In this document: positions 60,541 to 64,000 of the stretch, piece by piece
How the letters are laid out: each line of letters starts with the position of its first letter
Position numbering within the stretch: the stretch's first letter is position 1
NCBI RefSeq assembly: GCF_020745735.1
Contig: NC_083447.1
Location: 21,780,755-21,844,754, forward strand
DNA length: 64,000 nucleotides
From: Hemiscyllium ocellatum
Lineage: Eukaryota
Direction of reading: 5' to 3'
The notes under the pieces: generated by a model
Told to the model about the DNA's origin: nothing
What the model saw: the letters and a program-made list of their open reading frames with translations, nothing else
Databases searched by the model: none
Position numbers and translations under genes: made by a program

Positions 60541-61329
60541 AAATGGAAAATAATATTCAAAAGGATGAATTAAAGTACTTCATATAAAAGCATGCACCAT
60601 TCACAAAAAAATTAATGATTTGAATGTGCAAACTGAGGTAAATGGTTATTATTTCATTGCCATTATAGAAACTTGGCACTGAATATACAAGAACATTCTC
60701 TATTTAGGGGTCTAGGACAAAACAAAAGGAAGTAGAGTAGCACCCCTAGTAAGGCAATATATCAGTGTGTTAGTAAGATAGGGTCTTTGATTAAAAGATC
60801 AAGATGTCGAATCAGTTTGCATGGACCTACAAGTCAGTGAGAGAAAGCAAACATTGCTGTGAATTGTTTATAGAATGCTAAACATAGTTCTAATATTGGA
60901 CATGCTCTAAATTAGGAAATTACAGGTTAATTTAACCTGAGTATTAATGAGCAAAGTAAATCTGCATATAACAGTCAGCAGAAATGGATGACCCCCTGGA
61001 GTATGGTGAGATAGTTTTCTGGGACAATATGTTGAGCAACCAACTAGGGAATCTGTCTATTTTGGATTTGATGTTGTGTAATGGAAAAGGGTTAATTAAT
61101 AATGTCACTGTAAAGGGACCTTTGAAAAATAATGATTATAACACAATAGAATTTTAAATGAAGTTTGAACATAGTTCTTTCTGAAGCTACAGCATTAAAT
61201 CTGAGCAATGAAAATTCTGAGGCAACGAGGAGTAAGCTTGCTGAGGTGGATTGGTGAAAATACTTTAAATTATTTTATAATAGACAGACAATGGAAAATA
61301 GTTAAAGAAATACTGTCCTGTCTGTAACA

Positions 61330-62900
61330 TCTTGAAATGGATAAAGGTGGATAAGTCCCCAGGTCAGGTGTGCCCGAGAACTCTGTGGGAAGTTAGAGAA
61401 ATGATTGCTGGTCCTCTTGCTGAGATATTTGTATCATCGATAGTCACAGTTGAGGTGCCGGAAGACTGGAGATTGGCAAACGTGGTGCCACTGTTTAAGA
61501 AGTGCGGTAAAGACAAGTCAGGGAACTATAGATCAGTGAGCCTGACCTCGGTGGTGGGCAAATTGTTGGAGGGAATCCTGAGGGACAGGATGTACATGTA
61601 TTTGGGAAGGAAAGGACTGATTTGGGGTAGTCAACATAGCATTGTGCATGGGAAATCATGTCTCACAAACTTGATAATTTTTTTGAAGATGTAACAAAGA
61701 AGATTGATGAGGGCAGAGCAGCAGATGTGATTTTTTTGGACTTCAGTAAGGCGTTCAACAAGGTTCTCCATGGGAGACTGATCAGCAAGGTTAGATCTCA
61801 TGGAATACAGGGAGAACTAGCCATTTGGATACAGAACTGGCTCATAGGTGGAAGACAGAGGGTGGTGGTGGAAGGTTGTTTTTCAGACTGGAGGCCTATG
61901 ACCAGTGAAGTGCCACAAGGACCGGTGCTCGGCCCTCTACTTTTTGTCATTTGCATAAATGATTTGGACGCGAGCATAAGAGGTACAGTTAGTAAGTTTG
62001 CAGACGACACCAAAATTGGAGGTGTAGTGGACAGCGAAGAGGGTTACCTCAGATTACAACAGGATCTGGAACAGATGGGCCAATGGGCTGAGAAGTGGCA
62101 GATGGAGTTTAATTCAGATAAATGCGAGGTGCTGCATTTTGGGAAAGCACATCTTAGCAGGACCTATGCATTTAATGGTAAGATCCTAGCGAGTGTTGCT
62201 GAACAAAGAGACCTTGGAGTGCAGGTTCATAGCTCCTTGAAAGTGGAGTCACAAGTAGATAGGATAGTGAAGAAGGCATTTGGTATGCTTTCCTTTATTG
62301 GCCAGAGTATTGAGTACAGGAGTTGGGAGGTCATGTTGCGGCTGTACAGGACATTGGTTAGGCCACTGTTGGAATATTGCATGCAATTCTGGTCTCCTTC
62401 CTATCGGAAAGATGTTGTGAAACTTGAAAGGGTTCAGAAAAGATATACAAGGATGTTGCCAGGGTTGGGGGATCTGAGCTACAGGGAGATGCTGAACAGG
62501 CTGGGGCTGTTTTCCCTGGAGCATTGGAGGCTGAGGGTGACCTTATAGAGGTTTACAAAATTATGAGGGGCATGGATAGGATAAATAGACAAAGTCTTTT
62601 CCCTGGGGTCTGGGGGTCCAGAACTAGAGGGCATAGGTTTAGGGTGATAGGGGAAAGATATAAAAGAGACCTAAGGGGCAACTTTTTCACGCAGAGGGTG
62701 GTATGTGTATGGAATGAGCTGCCAGAGGATGTGGTGGAGGCTGGTACAATTGCAACATTTAAGAAGCATTTGGATGGGTATATGAATAGGAAGGGTTTGG
62801 AGGGATATGGGCCGGATGCTGGCAGATGGGACTAGATTGGATTGGGATATCTGGTCGGCATGGACAGGTTGGACTGAAGGGTCTGTTTCCATGTTTATAA
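61330..62900 (+). mobile_element. CR1 LINE ORF2 3' half with few frameshifts
   Basis: ORFs 61332-61694, 61658-62548 (296 aa; [20 protein letters not shown]) and 62524-62835. Confidence 0.95.
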
Positions 62901-64000
62901 GAATATCAGAAATAGTGGCAGGCATGAGGATTGGGAGAAAATTAGGACTGAACAAAGGAGAACCAACAAACTGACAAGCAAAGGGAAAACAAAATGTAGA
63001 TGCAAGCTAGCAAAGAACATAAATGCTGACCATAGAAACTCCTACTCATGAAAGGAAAAATATTAGAAGGGGCAAATGAAGGCCCTTGGATGTGGAGCTT
63101 AGAGAGTTTATAATGGAGAAGAGGAAATGCAGATAAACTAGTTATTTTGCATCTGTCTTCATGGACACAGAAAACCTCCCAGAAGTGAAGCAACCATGGG
63201 ACTTGTGTAACTGAAAAGCTAAAAGACATTTAGTAAAGAGGTCATAGTGGATTAATTAAGGGTTTATAAGTCTTCTGGAGCAGTTGAGCTTAATACTTAA
63301 GAAAGCAGCAATCGAGATAATAGAGTCATTGGTGGTTACCATTCTTAATTCTAACAATTCTGGAAAGATTCCTGCTGACTAGAAAGTGGTAAATATAGCC
63401 CTAATATTTAAGAAGGAAGGGAGAGAGAGAGTGAGTGGAGAACAACACACCTGTTAGCTTGCCATCTGTGGTGGGAAATATATTAGGGTTATAAAATGTG
63501 TGATATCTGTACATTTGGAAAGAATGGCAAGATTGTGCAGAATGAAAATGGATTTATGAAAGAGAATCATATTTGACACACTTGGAGGTTTTGAGTATAT
63601 ATTTGTAACATAGGCATGTGTGTGTGGTGCAAAATGATTTCCTGAAGGCTTTTGATAGGTCTCACAGGAGATTAGTAAATAAAATTACAGAGTGTGGAAT
63701 TAGGAAAATATACTCGAATGGATTGAGAATTACTTAATAGATAGAAAGCAGAGTTTAGGAATAAAAGGATCATTATTAGGATAGCAGGTTTTTGCAAATG
63801 GGATACTGTCAGGGTTACTGCACTGTCTACAGGTTTTTACGACCCTTATAGGAACGCTTTGAATGTGGAGATCAATTGTAATATTTCTAACTGTGCTAAT
63901 GACATCAAGCTAGGTGTGAATGTAAATTGTGAGGTGGCTTCAAGAAGATTGGACAGCCTAATTGAATGGGTTAAAGCACGTCAGATGGAATATGTAAATA
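62900..64000 (+). mobile_element. Strongly decayed CR1 ORF2
   Basis: Residual ANDIKLG, KAFD-like and IFKKEG segments without ORF. Confidence 0.6.

Noticed and set aside
60225-64000. CUB1a and signal-peptide exons of the C1s-like gene
   Set aside because: No SPNYP or C.YD-type exon was found; the interval is microsatellite and CR1, so these exons must lie beyond the window.

Overview
Cartilaginous-fish (shark-type) genomic DNA, very rich in repeats, with two immune loci side by side on the minus strand. (1) At 1.0-4.1 kb are two T-cell receptor beta V gene segments, each with a 37-bp leader exon and a V exon. The distal one (3582-4107) closely resembles human TRBV30 and has a canonical 23-RSS. 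The proximal one (1035-1470) has an intact ORF but an RSS shortened by an apparent 8-bp deletion to a 15-bp spacer. (2) At 26.0-60.2 kb are nine exons of a complement C1s-like protease (CUB1b-EGF-CUB2-CCP1-CCP2-single-exon serine protease). All splice phases are compatible, giving 605 aa plus stop, and the signal peptide and CUB1a exons lie beyond the right edge. The rest is mostly retroelement debris: HE1-type tRNA SINEs, CR1 LINE fragments (two with long ORFs), L2-like and Rex/Babar-like LINEs, Deu-domain SINEs, probable solo LTRs and Penelope-like elements. Several Penelope repeats carry minimal hammerhead-ribozyme cores, and one intact core sits in a perfect 82-bp hairpin in the C1s sense strand. 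Exon, RSS and motif coordinates were read base by base. Repeat boundaries are approximate, and family names come from recalled consensus features, not database searches.
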